DNA of 53,937 bases from Coriobacteriia bacterium (GCA_026416035.1 JAOAFY010000003.1:1-53937), one strand, 5' to 3'. Shown: positions 10,938-19,404, counted from the first letter of the stretch. Notes: a model not told the origin generated them from the sequence alone. Translations and numbers: made by a program.

Positions 10938-11588
10938 CTAGACGCGCTCAGACCCGTCGGCCCGCGACAGGTAGTACAGCGTGTGGAGCAGCTCGAGCAC
11001 CGGGTCCGTGTTGTGGAGCGTGACCCCCTCGGGCACGTGGACGAGCGCCGGGGTGTAGTTCAAGATGATGCGCACCCCGGCGCTGCACACCAGGTCCGCC
11101 GCCGCCTGTGCCGCCTCCGGAGGAACTGCGAGCACCGCAATCCGGATGTTTTGGTCCGCCACTACCTGGGGCAGCTCGTCGACGTGCCGCACGATCACGT
11201 CGCCGATCCGCTTGCCGACTTTCTGCGGGTCGTTGTCGAAGACCGCCGTGACGTAGAACCCGTGCTGCCTCAGCCCGTCGTACCCCGCGATGGCCGATCC
11301 GAGATTCCCGGCGCCGACCAGAGCGAGGCGATGCACATGATCGGCTCCCAGGATTCGCTGGATGCTGTCGACGAGCAGTGCGATGTCGTATCCGACGCCG
11401 CGCTTCCCGAACGAGCCGAAGTGCGTCAGGTCGCGGCGGATCTGGGCCGGGTTGACACCGGTGAGCTCCCCGAGACGCGCAGACGACACAGTCGTCCGAC
11501 CCTCGTGACGGAGCTGGATCAGTGCACCGAGGTAGACGGGCAAGCGTTCGACGACGCCAGCCGGGATGTCGTGCTGCGTACCGGTCAT
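10938..11588 (-). CDS. rex: Redox-sensing transcriptional repressor Rex
   Basis: ERLPVYL, SSARLGE..G..PAQIRRDL, FGKRGVGY, VGAGNLG Rossmann, LNYTP. Confidence 0.96.
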   Translation of the reverse strand: MTGTQHDIPAGVVERLPVYLGALIQLRHEGRTTVSSARLGELTGVNPAQIRRDLTHFGSFGKRGVGYDIALLVDSIQRILGADHVHRLALVGAGNLGSAIAGYDGLRQHGFYVTAVFDNDPQKVGKRIGDVIVRHVDELPQVVADQNIRIAVLAVPPEAAQAAADLVCSAGVRIILNYTPALVHVPEGVTLHNTDPVLELLHTLYYLSRADGSERV

Positions 11589-11614
11589 CAGGGATCCAAT
11601 CGTAGCGGACCGAG

Positions 11615-11641
11615 GACATTGTTACTCAGAGTCACAATGTC
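11615..11641. promoter_or_regulatory. 13-1-13 inverted repeat upstream of rex (candidate autoregulatory operator)
   Basis: GACATTGTTACTC-A-GAGTCACAATGTC, one mismatch; core TTGT-N11-ACAA; next to -10-like TACGAT (11599-11604, minus). Confidence 0.7.
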
Positions 11642-11663
11642 GCGCAAGCAGCCGCCCCCGTCG

Positions 11664-12782
11664 TCATGCCTCGGGGAGGCTCCTCAGGACTCGGATGATG
11701 TCCGCACGCGTGACGATGCCCGCCAGACGGCCGTCTTCGACGACGAGCACCGCCCCTGGACCGTCCGGCTCCATCTTCGACAGCACGCTTTCGACCGTCG
11801 CCGCCGGCGCCGCAACCACCTGCGCCACATCGTGCATCGCGATGTCGCCGATCGTGGTCGTCGGCCAGGCGTCGCGGGGCACACGCCTCACGCTCTGAAG
11901 GTCCACCAGGCCGACGACGCGGCCGTCGGAGACGACGGGATACCGGGAGTGGCGACCGCCGAGCACGTACGCCTCCGCCACCTCGGAAAGCGGGGTGTCG
12001 GCGGGAACCGTCACCACCGGCGAGCTCATCACATCGGCCAGCACCACACGGGCGAGGCGGGCACGAACGAGCTGCTGGGCGTATGCGTTGGCCGCCAGGA
12101 TGGAGATGAACCAGCCCATGATCGCCAACCAGATCGCATCGAGCGCTCCGCGCAGGACCCCGAGAACAGCCGCCGCCACGAGCGCATAGCCGATGGCTTG
12201 GCCCATCCTCGACGCCCACCGTGTGGCCTTGAGCAGGTCTTTCGTGGCTCCCCAGAGAATCGCCCGCAGCACGCGGCCTCCATCCAGCGGAAAGCCTGGC
12301 AGCAGGTTGAACGCCGCCACCGAAAAGTTGATGAACGTCAGGTACTCGAGCGGGACGTGCAACGGACCCGGCATCCGGTCCCCGAACGCACGAAGCACGG
12401 CCAGACCTGCACACCCGAGCACGAAGCTGGTGGCTGGACCGGCCAGCGCCATCGCGAGCTCACGCAACGGGCTTCGCGGCTCCTCTTCCATCTGGGAGAC
12501 GCCGCCGAACATGAACAGCGTCACCCGTGCGATCCGCAACCCGCCCGCCCTCGCAACCAACGAATGCGCCAGCTCGTGCACGACGATCGATCCGAAGAAC
12601 GCCAGAGTCGTCGCGAACGCCAGCACCGCGTGCACGGATGCGGGAAGCTCCGGAAGAGCCGAAGGGAAGTAGCTCGTAGCGAGCCCCGCCGCCACGATGA
12701 AGAACACGAGGAACCAGCTCGCGTTCACTTCGATCGGTATGCCGAAGACGCGTCCGATCCGCAGCGACGGTGCGCCGAACAT
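11664..12782 (-). CDS. Site-2 protease (M50) with CBS pair
   Basis: HELAH zinc motif, FGG, AGP, NLLPGFPLDGG, C-terminal CBS domains. Confidence 0.95.
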   Translation of the reverse strand: MFGAPSLRIGRVFGIPIEVNASWFLVFFIVAAGLATSYFPSALPELPASVHAVLAFATTLAFFGSIVVHELAHSLVARAGGLRIARVTLFMFGGVSQMEEEPRSPLRELAMALAGPATSFVLGCAGLAVLRAFGDRMPGPLHVPLEYLTFINFSVAAFNLLPGFPLDGGRVLRAILWGATKDLLKATRWASRMGQAIGYALVAAAVLGVLRGALDAIWLAIMGWFISILAANAYAQQLVRARLARVVLADVMSSPVVTVPADTPLSEVAEAYVLGGRHSRYPVVSDGRVVGLVDLQSVRRVPRDAWPTTTIGDIAMHDVAQVVAAPAATVESVLSKMEPDGPGAVLVVEDGRLAGIVTRADIIRVLRSLPEA

Positions 12783-12817
12783 GGCGCCTCCTCCCAGAGT
12801 TGCCCGCGATCCCTCCC

Positions 12818-13612
12818 CTAGAATGCCGCGCCCTCAAGCGCGTGAGCGCACAGGCACTCGCGCTCCGACGGCAGCGCCGGGATCATGGCGTGGAGCAACG
12901 CCTTGAGCTTCTCGTTGTTCTGGTTGAAGACCCGGATGACCTCCTCGTTGGTGACCGGCTCGACGCCTTCGGTACCGGCGTCGTGGTCGGTGATGAGGGA
13001 GATGTTGCAGTAGCAGATCTCGAGCTCACGAGCCAGGTAGGCCTCCGGATACTGGGTCATGTTGATGACCTCCCAGCCTTGCGAGGCGAACCACTTCGAT
13101 TCGGCCCGAGTGGAGAACCGTGGACCCTGTATGACGACGACTGTGCCGCGCTCATGCACCGTGATGCCGAGCTCACGGGCCTTGTCGATGGCGACCTGGC
13201 GCATGACGGGACAGTAGGGGTCGGCTGAGGAGACGTGGGTCGTGGTCGGACCATCGTAGAAGGTGTCTTTGCGTCCCCAGGTCCGGTCGACGAACTGGTC
13301 GCAGATGACGAAGTCTCCAGGCTTCACGTGCGGCTGCAGCGATCCGCACGCGTTCGGGCCGATGATGCGACCCACGCCGAGGAGCTTCATCGCGTAGACG
13401 TTGGCTCGGTAGTTGATCATGTGCGGCGGGAATTGGTGAGCATTCCCGTGCCGCGGAAGGAAAGCGACCGTACGGCCGGCTATCGTCCCATAGGTCACCG
13501 GAGCCGAAGGCGCCCCGTACGGCGTGTCGACACGGATCTCCTCGGCGTCATCGAGCAACGAGTAGAACCCGCTGCCCCCGAAGACGCCGATCTCTGCCTG
13601 TGGATACCGCAT
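12818..13612 (-). CDS. mtnP: S-methyl-5'-thioadenosine/nucleoside phosphorylase (PNP family 2)
   Basis: IGVFGGSG, FLPRHG, INYRAN, QGPRFSTRAES, INMT..PEA.LARE, ITDHD. Confidence 0.9.
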   Translation of the reverse strand: MRYPQAEIGVFGGSGFYSLLDDAEEIRVDTPYGAPSAPVTYGTIAGRTVAFLPRHGNAHQFPPHMINYRANVYAMKLLGVGRIIGPNACGSLQPHVKPGDFVICDQFVDRTWGRKDTFYDGPTTTHVSSADPYCPVMRQVAIDKARELGITVHERGTVVVIQGPRFSTRAESKWFASQGWEVINMTQYPEAYLARELEICYCNISLITDHDAGTEGVEPVTNEEVIRVFNQNNEKLKALLHAMIPALPSERECLCAHALEGAAF

Positions 13613-13675
13613 GGCTGCTCCTCCTGGTGCTCGAATCGACTGCCTCTGCGATTGTAGAGCATCAGCGCACGAGGC

Positions 13676-14623
13676 TCAGGCGGTCCTCAGCCGTTCGGTG
13701 GCCGCAGCGTACAAAGGGCGGCCGAAGCGGTTCGACGAGTCCGTCCACTCCTCTTCGACACGCATCGCCCCCGTGAGCGCAGCGCTAAACGAGTCCGCGT
13801 CTCTGTCGGCTGCATCGATGTGGCTCAGCACCAGCGCTTCCAGCGTGCACGGGTGGGGTGCGCTCTGCTCGCCGTCTCTGTGGTGGCTCAGCACGAGGTG
13901 CGACAGGTGCGCCGCGATCTCCGGCCGGATGCCCGTACTCGCTTGTGTGAGCCGACGCTCACCGAGGACGGCGTGACCCAAGAGCCTTCCTTCTCGCGTG
14001 AGCTCGAACCCCGCCCCTACCCTGATCGCGTCGACTACGCCGATGTCGTGGAGAAGCGCTCCGGCTACAAGCAGGTCGCGATCGAGGCCCGGGCACACGC
14101 CCGCGTACGCCTCGCACACAGACGCGACGGCAACCGTGTGGTCGAGCAGCCCACCTACGTAGGCGTGGTGGTCGGCAACGGAGGCGGGCGACCGCGAGAA
14201 CGCCCGGAAGAAGCGTTTATCTGCGAAGACCGCCTTGACGACCGTTGCGATCGCCGGATCGCGGATCGCCTTCACCAGTTCGCGGAGCTGCTGCACTGCC
14301 TCGCTGGCCTCGCGCGTCGACCGAGGCAGCAGGTCGCCTACGTCGTAGTCCTCCGCGATCCGCATCTCCTCCACCGAGATCCGTCTCACGCCTCGGAAGC
14401 TGGTGACGACGCCTGAGACCCGCACGACCGTCCCAGCAGGAATGCCCTCGGCCGTCCTGGGCGGCTTGAACATCACACCCGGAACGATTCCCGAGCGGTC
14501 GGCGAGCTCCAGGGCGAGATAGGCCTCTCCGTGCCGCGTGGAACGCAGCTCACGGGCACGGATCGAAAACACGGTGTCGACGCGCTGGCCCTCCACGAGC
14601 GCTGCCGCAAGTTGCGTCTTCAT
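13676..14623 (-). CDS. OB-fold + HD-domain nuclease (YhaM/CBF-like 3'-5' exoribonuclease)
   Basis: N-terminal OB fold (YLALELADRSG), HHAYVGGLLDHT, GALLHDIG, GHAVLG, SHH; start set at MKTQL. Confidence 0.85.
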   Translation of the reverse strand: MKTQLAAALVEGQRVDTVFSIRARELRSTRHGEAYLALELADRSGIVPGVMFKPPRTAEGIPAGTVVRVSGVVTSFRGVRRISVEEMRIAEDYDVGDLLPRSTREASEAVQQLRELVKAIRDPAIATVVKAVFADKRFFRAFSRSPASVADHHAYVGGLLDHTVAVASVCEAYAGVCPGLDRDLLVAGALLHDIGVVDAIRVGAGFELTREGRLLGHAVLGERRLTQASTGIRPEIAAHLSHLVLSHHRDGEQSAPHPCTLEALVLSHIDAADRDADSFSAALTGAMRVEEEWTDSSNRFGRPLYAAATERLRTA

Positions 14624-14676
14624 CGTCCCTCCGCTCTGCCGCTGCACACCAACAGCATCGCAGGGGGATGTGACAT

Positions 14677-15477
14677 CTACTCGAAGCGCACCCTGAATGC
14701 GGCTCCCGGCTCGATGCCGTACCGATCGGCCGCGCTCCCCTTGAACACGGCGAGCGTGAGCCACCCGGACGAGTCGACCAGCGCGACCGGCTCGCCTTCG
14801 CCGACCTCCGAGAACGTCCTCCTGAACGGCACCGCCATCACGGTGTGGCCGAACGACATCTCCACGCGCTGTGGCGGTTCGCGGAACTGCAGGTCTTGCG
14901 ACGAGACCGAGATCCGCACCGAACCGAAGCGATCGATGTCCACCGCCTCTGCCACGTATACCTCCCCCTCGCGCCGAGCTGGCAGGAACGGCGGAGGCGC
15001 GAGCGCATCAGGATCGACGCGTTCTCCAAGCGCCGACGGCTCGATGCCGCACGCCAGAGCGGCCGCGGCTGGCGCGAGCACATCTCGCGCATGGAACGTG
15101 GCCAGCGGGCCTTCGAACTTCAGGACTTCTGGCTGTATGGCGTACGCTTCAGCGACTCCCCCGGCACGCCACGAGGCAGGAAGAAGGACGCCGTTATCGG
15201 GACCGACGAGCAAAGCGCCCGTCGTCGTCACGAGGCAGAGGTCTTTGCGCGGCCCGCCGACTCCCGGATCGACGACGACGAGGTGGATCGCGTCTGGAAG
15301 CTGCCAGACCCCAGCGGCAGCGACTGCTGCGGCCTTCCGGATGTCATAGGGCGGCACGTCGTGAGCGAGGTCCACGACGCGGGCCTGAGGGCAGGCCTTG
15401 TAGATCACCGCGTGGCAGATGCCGACCCAGGTGTCTCCGGTCCCGAAATCAGAGGTGAAGCAGATGATCGCCTGCAT
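14677..15477 (-). CDS. SAM hydrolase (SAM-dependent chlorinase/fluorinase superfamily, DUF62 type)
   Basis: FTSDFG, VDLAHDVPP, VVVDPGVGGPR, GPDNGVL, TFHARD, IDRFG, DSSGWL; Asp-Arg-His triad of the hydrolases present. Confidence 0.9.
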   Translation of the reverse strand: MQAIICFTSDFGTGDTWVGICHAVIYKACPQARVVDLAHDVPPYDIRKAAAVAAAGVWQLPDAIHLVVVDPGVGGPRKDLCLVTTTGALLVGPDNGVLLPASWRAGGVAEAYAIQPEVLKFEGPLATFHARDVLAPAAAALACGIEPSALGERVDPDALAPPPFLPARREGEVYVAEAVDIDRFGSVRISVSSQDLQFREPPQRVEMSFGHTVMAVPFRRTFSEVGEGEPVALVDSSGWLTLAVFKGSAADRYGIEPGAAFRVRFE

Positions 15478-15550
15478 ATGCTCTCCTCGACCGCGGTCGC
15501 GCCGCACCGCTCCTTGTCGTACGATGGCAGCACCAGGGAGGAGGTGCTCC

Positions 15551-16009
15551 ATGAAGCCTCGCATCGTCCACATGATACCCGTCGCCGTCGCGTGGGCGCT
15601 GCTCGCCGTGATCGCAACGGGCTGCGCATCGACCACGCTCAGATACCGCGACGGCAACCGAGCACTCACCCGCGAGAACGTCGTAGAGATCGCGCGCGAG
15701 ACTGACCTGGGCGAAGTCGGGAAGGCGTCAGCGAGCGAGGCACAAGATCTGCGGACACAGGCCCTGACTGAGCTGCGTTCCCATGGCCAGGACGCACAGA
15801 GGCTGGCAGACGCCCTTACTGCGCAACTCCCATCGGACTACGCCGGTGTCCCGGTGTATGTGGAAGCTGCGAACGTCGAGGGCCGCGCGTGTTGGATCGT
15901 CGTCGAGGCGCGTCCGGCCTCTGATTCCGAGAGCCGGCTCTCGTCCCGCAGATACTGGGTCTTCGACCGCGACGACTTCGCCGTCGTCGAGTCCGGAACG
16001 CTGCCGTAG
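15551..16009 (+). CDS. Predicted lipoprotein, unknown function
   Basis: Basic N-terminus, hydrophobic stretch, lipobox IATG-C; GAGG RBS before the ATG at 15551. Confidence 0.75.
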   Translation: MKPRIVHMIPVAVAWALLAVIATGCASTTLRYRDGNRALTRENVVEIARETDLGEVGKASASEAQDLRTQALTELRSHGQDAQRLADALTAQLPSDYAGVPVYVEAANVEGRACWIVVEARPASDSESRLSSRRYWVFDRDDFAVVESGTLP

Positions 16010-16018
16010 CGAGGCCCC

Positions 16019-16276
16019 TCAGCCCTGGGACTGCGTGTCGACGGGGAATATCGCCGTGATGGCGTCCCTGGCCACTGCGATGAACTCAGGCGCCGCGATC
16101 AGCGCGCCGTCGCAGACGTTGTAGATGCGCGCGCTCGTCAGTGCGTAGAAGTCCTTGCCCTTCGCATTCAGAGAATCAGTGAGCCGGCTGCCCTCGAGGA
16201 CGTACATGTCGCCCTCGATGCGATGGTCCTTGGTGATGATCATGACCCGAAGGGTGTCCTTCTTCGTGTACACCAT
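16019..16276 (-). CDS. Small conserved hypothetical protein (DUF6812-like)
   Basis: RVMIITKDHRIEGDMYV..GSRLTDSLN...FYALTSARIY pattern recalled for this family; GGGGAG RBS. Family name from memory. Confidence 0.65.
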   Translation of the reverse strand: MVYTKKDTLRVMIITKDHRIEGDMYVLEGSRLTDSLNAKGKDFYALTSARIYNVCDGALIAAPEFIAVARDAITAIFPVDTQSQG

Positions 16277-16342
16277 GGCATCTCCCCTGTCCGCCGCCCA
16301 CGCCATCATACGCCCCAGGTTGGGACGCAACAAGCAACGACA

Positions 16343-17020
16343 TCAGCCGATCGCATGCTCCAGCCACGACCGGAGCAAAGCGGCGCCCACGAGCTCAAGC
16401 CCGGTCAAGACCGCTGCAACCGCCACCTGCGGAGCGAGCGAGCGCACGCTTGAAGCCGACCGTTCGAACGCCGGTATCAGGCTGACGAACACGAGGTTCA
16501 CCACAGCGAGGGTCGCCAGGATCGCCACGCTCACGAGAAGCGGGAACATCACTCCAGCACGGGGCAACAACCAGTAGATGGCCGCGAAGGCGAGCGGCAG
16601 ACCAGCAAGCCACGCCGCCGCCTTCCTTCCCTCCAGCAGGCGGACATCGTCCCATCTCCGCCACAGCTGCCCATGGAGCATGGGGACGACCACGAGGGGC
16701 ATCGCCCATCCCGCAGCCAGGCCGGTCGCTAGCCGGATCGCGTTCGTCGTCTCGCGTACGCCCGCGTACGAGGTCACTCCGTCGACGACCATGGCGAGCA
16801 CCCCGGCCGAACCTGCGACGAGGAGCCATGGTGCAGGCAACCCTGCAGGCCGTCGGCCCCGTTCCAGGGCAGCGATGAGCGCGAGCGAGAGAGCGAACCC
16901 GGCGTAGATCCCGGTATCTCTGGCGCACACAGGCACCTGCCAGCCGCCCGCGAAGAAGGATCGGGATGGGAGCTGGTGGCACAGGCCATAGCCCAGCCAG
17001 TGGAAGAACGACCCGAGCAA
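16343..17020 (-). CDS. DUF2085-like membrane protein
   Basis: CHQLPSRSF and PVCARDTGIY motifs, several TM helices; TTG start. Confidence 0.82.
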   Translation of the reverse strand: MLGSFFHWLGYGLCHQLPSRSFFAGGWQVPVCARDTGIYAGFALSLALIAALERGRRPAGLPAPWLLVAGSAGVLAMVVDGVTSYAGVRETTNAIRLATGLAAGWAMPLVVVPMLHGQLWRRWDDVRLLEGRKAAAWLAGLPLAFAAIYWLLPRAGVMFPLLVSVAILATLAVVNLVFVSLIPAFERSASSVRSLAPQVAVAAVLTGLELVGAALLRSWLEHAIG

Positions 17021-17041
17021 GCCGCTCCCTCCTGACAGGAA

Positions 17042-17071
17042 GGCGGCAGGCTCCTAGCGGAGCCCGCCGCC
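17042..17071 (-). terminator. Stem-loop 3' of tRNA-Pro
   Basis: ggcggcaggctcc-tagc-ggagcccgccgcc, 13-bp arms with one imperfect pair. Confidence 0.6.
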
Positions 17072-17081
17072 CGGCTTCCGA

Positions 17082-17158
17082 TGGTCGGGATGGCGGGATT
17101 TGAACCCACGACCTCTGCGTCCCGAACGCAGCGCTCTACCAAGCTGAGCCACATCCCG
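17082..17158 (-). tRNA. tRNA-Pro (anticodon CGG)
   Basis: Reverse complement CGGGATGTGGCTCAGCTTGGTAGAGCGCTGCGTTCGGGACGCAGAGGTCGTGGGTTCAAATCCCGCCATCCCGACCA folds as a cloverleaf with TTCAA T-loop and encoded CCA. Confidence 0.97.
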
Positions 17159-17168
17159 GCGAGGACAC

Positions 17169-17197
17169 ATCATAGCGTGAGGCCAGCAGCGGGTAAA
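17169..17197 (-). promoter_or_regulatory. Sigma-A type promoter for tRNA-Pro
   Basis: TTTACC-N17-TATGAT ending 10 nt upstream of the tRNA 5' end. Confidence 0.6.
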
Positions 17198-17201
17198 GTG
17201 A

Positions 17202-17230
17202 GGCGCCCCCGGCGTCAAGCCGAGGGCGCC
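17202..17230 (-). terminator. Terminator-like hairpin after the multiheme cytochrome gene
   Basis: 12-bp stem, fully paired on the minus strand with one G-U, 5-nt loop, followed by TCACTTT. Confidence 0.6.
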
Positions 17231-17250
17231 AGTGGCTTCTTTGCCGACGA

Positions 17251-19326
17251 CTAGTGAATCAGCCGCACGTGGCAGTACGAGCACTCGGTCGGCTTGTGGC
17301 AGTCGAAGCAGGGCTCTGCGCCGGTCTTCTTGACGATGTTCGGGTGATACGTCCGCCACGCCTGGTTGGCCACCGCACCCTTGTGATGGCAGTTGTCGCA
17401 GAAGTACTGGCTGTGGCAGTTGACGCACACTGGCTTCGTCAGCTTCTTGGCCTGGAAGTCGGCCTTGTGGGTGTCCTTGAAGTCGGCCGGATGCGGCATC
17501 GGCAGCTTGTGGCAGTTCTTGCAGAACTTGGCCTCCACACCGCCCACCCCGTGGCAGTAGTCGCAGCTGTCGGTCTGCGCCTTGTAGGCAGCCGAGTGCT
17601 TCGCTGCCTTGCCGAGCGCAAGGTTGCGCGTCCAGTCAGCAGCCTTGTGCGAAGCTGGCAGCGCCTTGAGCTTCGTGTGGCAGTCCACGCAGAACTGCTT
17701 GTTCTCGTGGCACTTCTCGAAGCACGGTCCAGTGCCCTTGGCGGCCACAGCCTTCGGGTGCTGCTGCTGCCATGGCACGCCGTTGATGGCGCCAGCGTGA
17801 TGGCAGTCGGAGCAGACCTCCTTGAAAGTGTGGCAGTTGGCGCACAGCTGCGGAGTCTTGCGGCCGGACACGTGGTTCTTCTTGAAGGTGTCAGGGTGCG
17901 GCATCTCCATGCCGTGGCAGCCCTTGCAGAACTTGGCGTTCGTACCGCCTGGGCCGTGGCACACGTCGCAGCTGTCGATCGCCTTCATCGCAGACAGCGC
18001 GTGCTTGCCGGACGGCTCAGCCGCCTTCTCGCCGTACTTGGTCACGGTCAGCCTGTCGCGCAGCCACTTCGCATCCTTGTGCGAGCTCGGCAGGGGCTTG
18101 AGCCTGGTGTGGCACTCCACGCAGAACTTCTGATCGTGGCACGCGCCGAGGCACGGGCTCACGCCGTTCGTCGTGACCGCCTTGGCATGCTGCGTCCTCC
18201 AGGCCACCTTCGGATCGAACTTCCAGTTGACCTTCGTGCCGTGATGGCACTCGTTGCAGAACTGGTAGTTCGTCTTCTTGACCTGGTGGCACAGGTCGCA
18301 CTTGTCCATCTTCGTCTTAGCGACCTGCGGGTGCGTCTTCTCTTTGAATTCGGCCGGGTGCGGCATCTCCATGCCGTGGCAGCCCATGCAGAAGGTCGCC
18401 TTCACGTGGCAGGTGGCGCAGTAGTCGACCTTGTCGACTGCGACCAGGTGCAGCCCCTCGCCTTCGGCGCCCTCTTCAGCCTTCTCGCCCTCCGCGGCCT
18501 TCTCGCCCTCCGCGGCCTCTCCGCCTTCAGACGCTTCGGCTTCTCCCTCGACAGGCTTGCCGGTCGAGCGATCCACCTTGGCCATGGCAAGCTTCGCGTG
18601 GCCCTTCGGGTAGAAGTCCTTGGCCTTGTGCGACGGCGGCTTCAGATCGAAGTCGGCAGGATGGCATGCCGAGCACTTGCCCGGCGCCTTGATGCCGCCC
18701 GCGGGCGGCTCCGCCGTGAGCGTGTGGCACCGGAAGCACGCGGTCATCGACATGAAGTTCTGGTGCTTGACGCTCTTCTTCTTGGTCTTCGGGTCGGTCA
18801 GGACCGGTTCCCAGTCGCCGCTCTCGTTGTGAGCGACACGGTTGTGGCACGCGGTGCAGTGGATCTCCTTCTTCTCGTGCGCCTCGTGGTCGATCTTGAT
18901 CCCGGGGCTCGGGGTCACCTTGCGCGTGGCGAGGTTGTGGCACTGCGTGCACTGCCGCGAACCCATCTCCTCGGTGTTCATCGCGAGGTGGCTGTCGGGG
19001 TTCAGCGGAAGCTCGAAGTTGTTCGTCACGGTCAGCACGAGCTCGCCGAGCGCCTTGGCCTTCTTCAGGGTGAACGTGATGGGATCGGAGTTGACCGGCT
19101 CGTGGCACGACATGCACGAGACCATGTTGTGGGACGAACGGTCGTACGCGGCGATGGAGTCATCCTGGACCTTGTGGCACACGCTGGCGCAGAACCAGTA
19201 GGTCGACGTCGCGCCAAACGCGATCACGATGAACGCTGCAAGCGCCAGGACGACGACGCCGGTCCAGATGACGTACCGTGGTCGCCGCACCGGATCTTTG
19301 AACCCGGCCAGTGAGATCTTCGCCAT
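17251..19326 (-). CDS. Membrane-anchored 24-heme cytochrome c (NapC/NirT-like head + three hexaheme modules)
   Basis: Counted 21 CxxCH + 3 CX3CH (CASVCH, CLGACH, CFEKCH); one N-terminal TM helix followed by TYWFC..CH..Y..S.H...C.SCH as in NapC/NirT; RBS GAGGAG spacing favours ATG 19326 over 19332. Confidence 0.93.
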   Translation of the reverse strand: MAKISLAGFKDPVRRPRYVIWTGVVVLALAAFIVIAFGATSTYWFCASVCHKVQDDSIAAYDRSSHNMVSCMSCHEPVNSDPITFTLKKAKALGELVLTVTNNFELPLNPDSHLAMNTEEMGSRQCTQCHNLATRKVTPSPGIKIDHEAHEKKEIHCTACHNRVAHNESGDWEPVLTDPKTKKKSVKHQNFMSMTACFRCHTLTAEPPAGGIKAPGKCSACHPADFDLKPPSHKAKDFYPKGHAKLAMAKVDRSTGKPVEGEAEASEGGEAAEGEKAAEGEKAEEGAEGEGLHLVAVDKVDYCATCHVKATFCMGCHGMEMPHPAEFKEKTHPQVAKTKMDKCDLCHQVKKTNYQFCNECHHGTKVNWKFDPKVAWRTQHAKAVTTNGVSPCLGACHDQKFCVECHTRLKPLPSSHKDAKWLRDRLTVTKYGEKAAEPSGKHALSAMKAIDSCDVCHGPGGTNAKFCKGCHGMEMPHPDTFKKNHVSGRKTPQLCANCHTFKEVCSDCHHAGAINGVPWQQQHPKAVAAKGTGPCFEKCHENKQFCVDCHTKLKALPASHKAADWTRNLALGKAAKHSAAYKAQTDSCDYCHGVGGVEAKFCKNCHKLPMPHPADFKDTHKADFQAKKLTKPVCVNCHSQYFCDNCHHKGAVANQAWRTYHPNIVKKTGAEPCFDCHKPTECSYCHVRLIH
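17894..18385. repeat. 30-bp exact direct repeat inside the cytochrome gene (17894-17923 and 18356-18385)
   Basis: gggtgcggcatctccatgccgtggcagccc occurs twice, 462 bp apart, in the GCHGMEMPHP segment of modules 1 and 2. Confidence 0.9.
18479..18518. repeat. 18-bp tandem repeat encoding AEGEKA in the acidic linker
   Basis: gccttctcgccctccgcg twice plus a partial copy. Confidence 0.85.
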
Positions 19327-19404
19327 ACGCATCTCTCCTCGCTCGTCCCGGATCTCAGCGTCGCACGCGACAGAAGCGGCCCCTCGGCCCGCTGCATGCG
19401 CCTA

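Noticed and set aside
10983-12821. 612-aa plus-strand ORF
   Set aside because: Antisense to rex and the M50 protease; no domain signal.
14677-15477. Possible fluorinase/chlorinase next to a nucleoside phosphorylase
   Set aside because: Keeps the DPGVG Asp, following Arg and TFH His of DUF62 SAM hydrolases; halogenases lack this triad, and no secondary-metabolite genes are nearby.
17082-17158. tRNA-Pro as integration site of an island carrying the cytochrome
   Set aside because: No integrase, no duplicated tRNA 3' end noticed, no obvious compositional shift.
17254-19314. 686-aa plus-strand ORF opposite the cytochrome
   Set aside because: Val/Leu/Ala-rich mirror of a Lys/His/Cys-rich gene; the minus strand has 24 heme motifs.
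19327-19400. c-di-GMP riboswitch in the cytochrome leader
   Set aside because: Only short GC hairpins; no GEMM GGAAA/tetraloop-receptor architecture visible and the leader is short.
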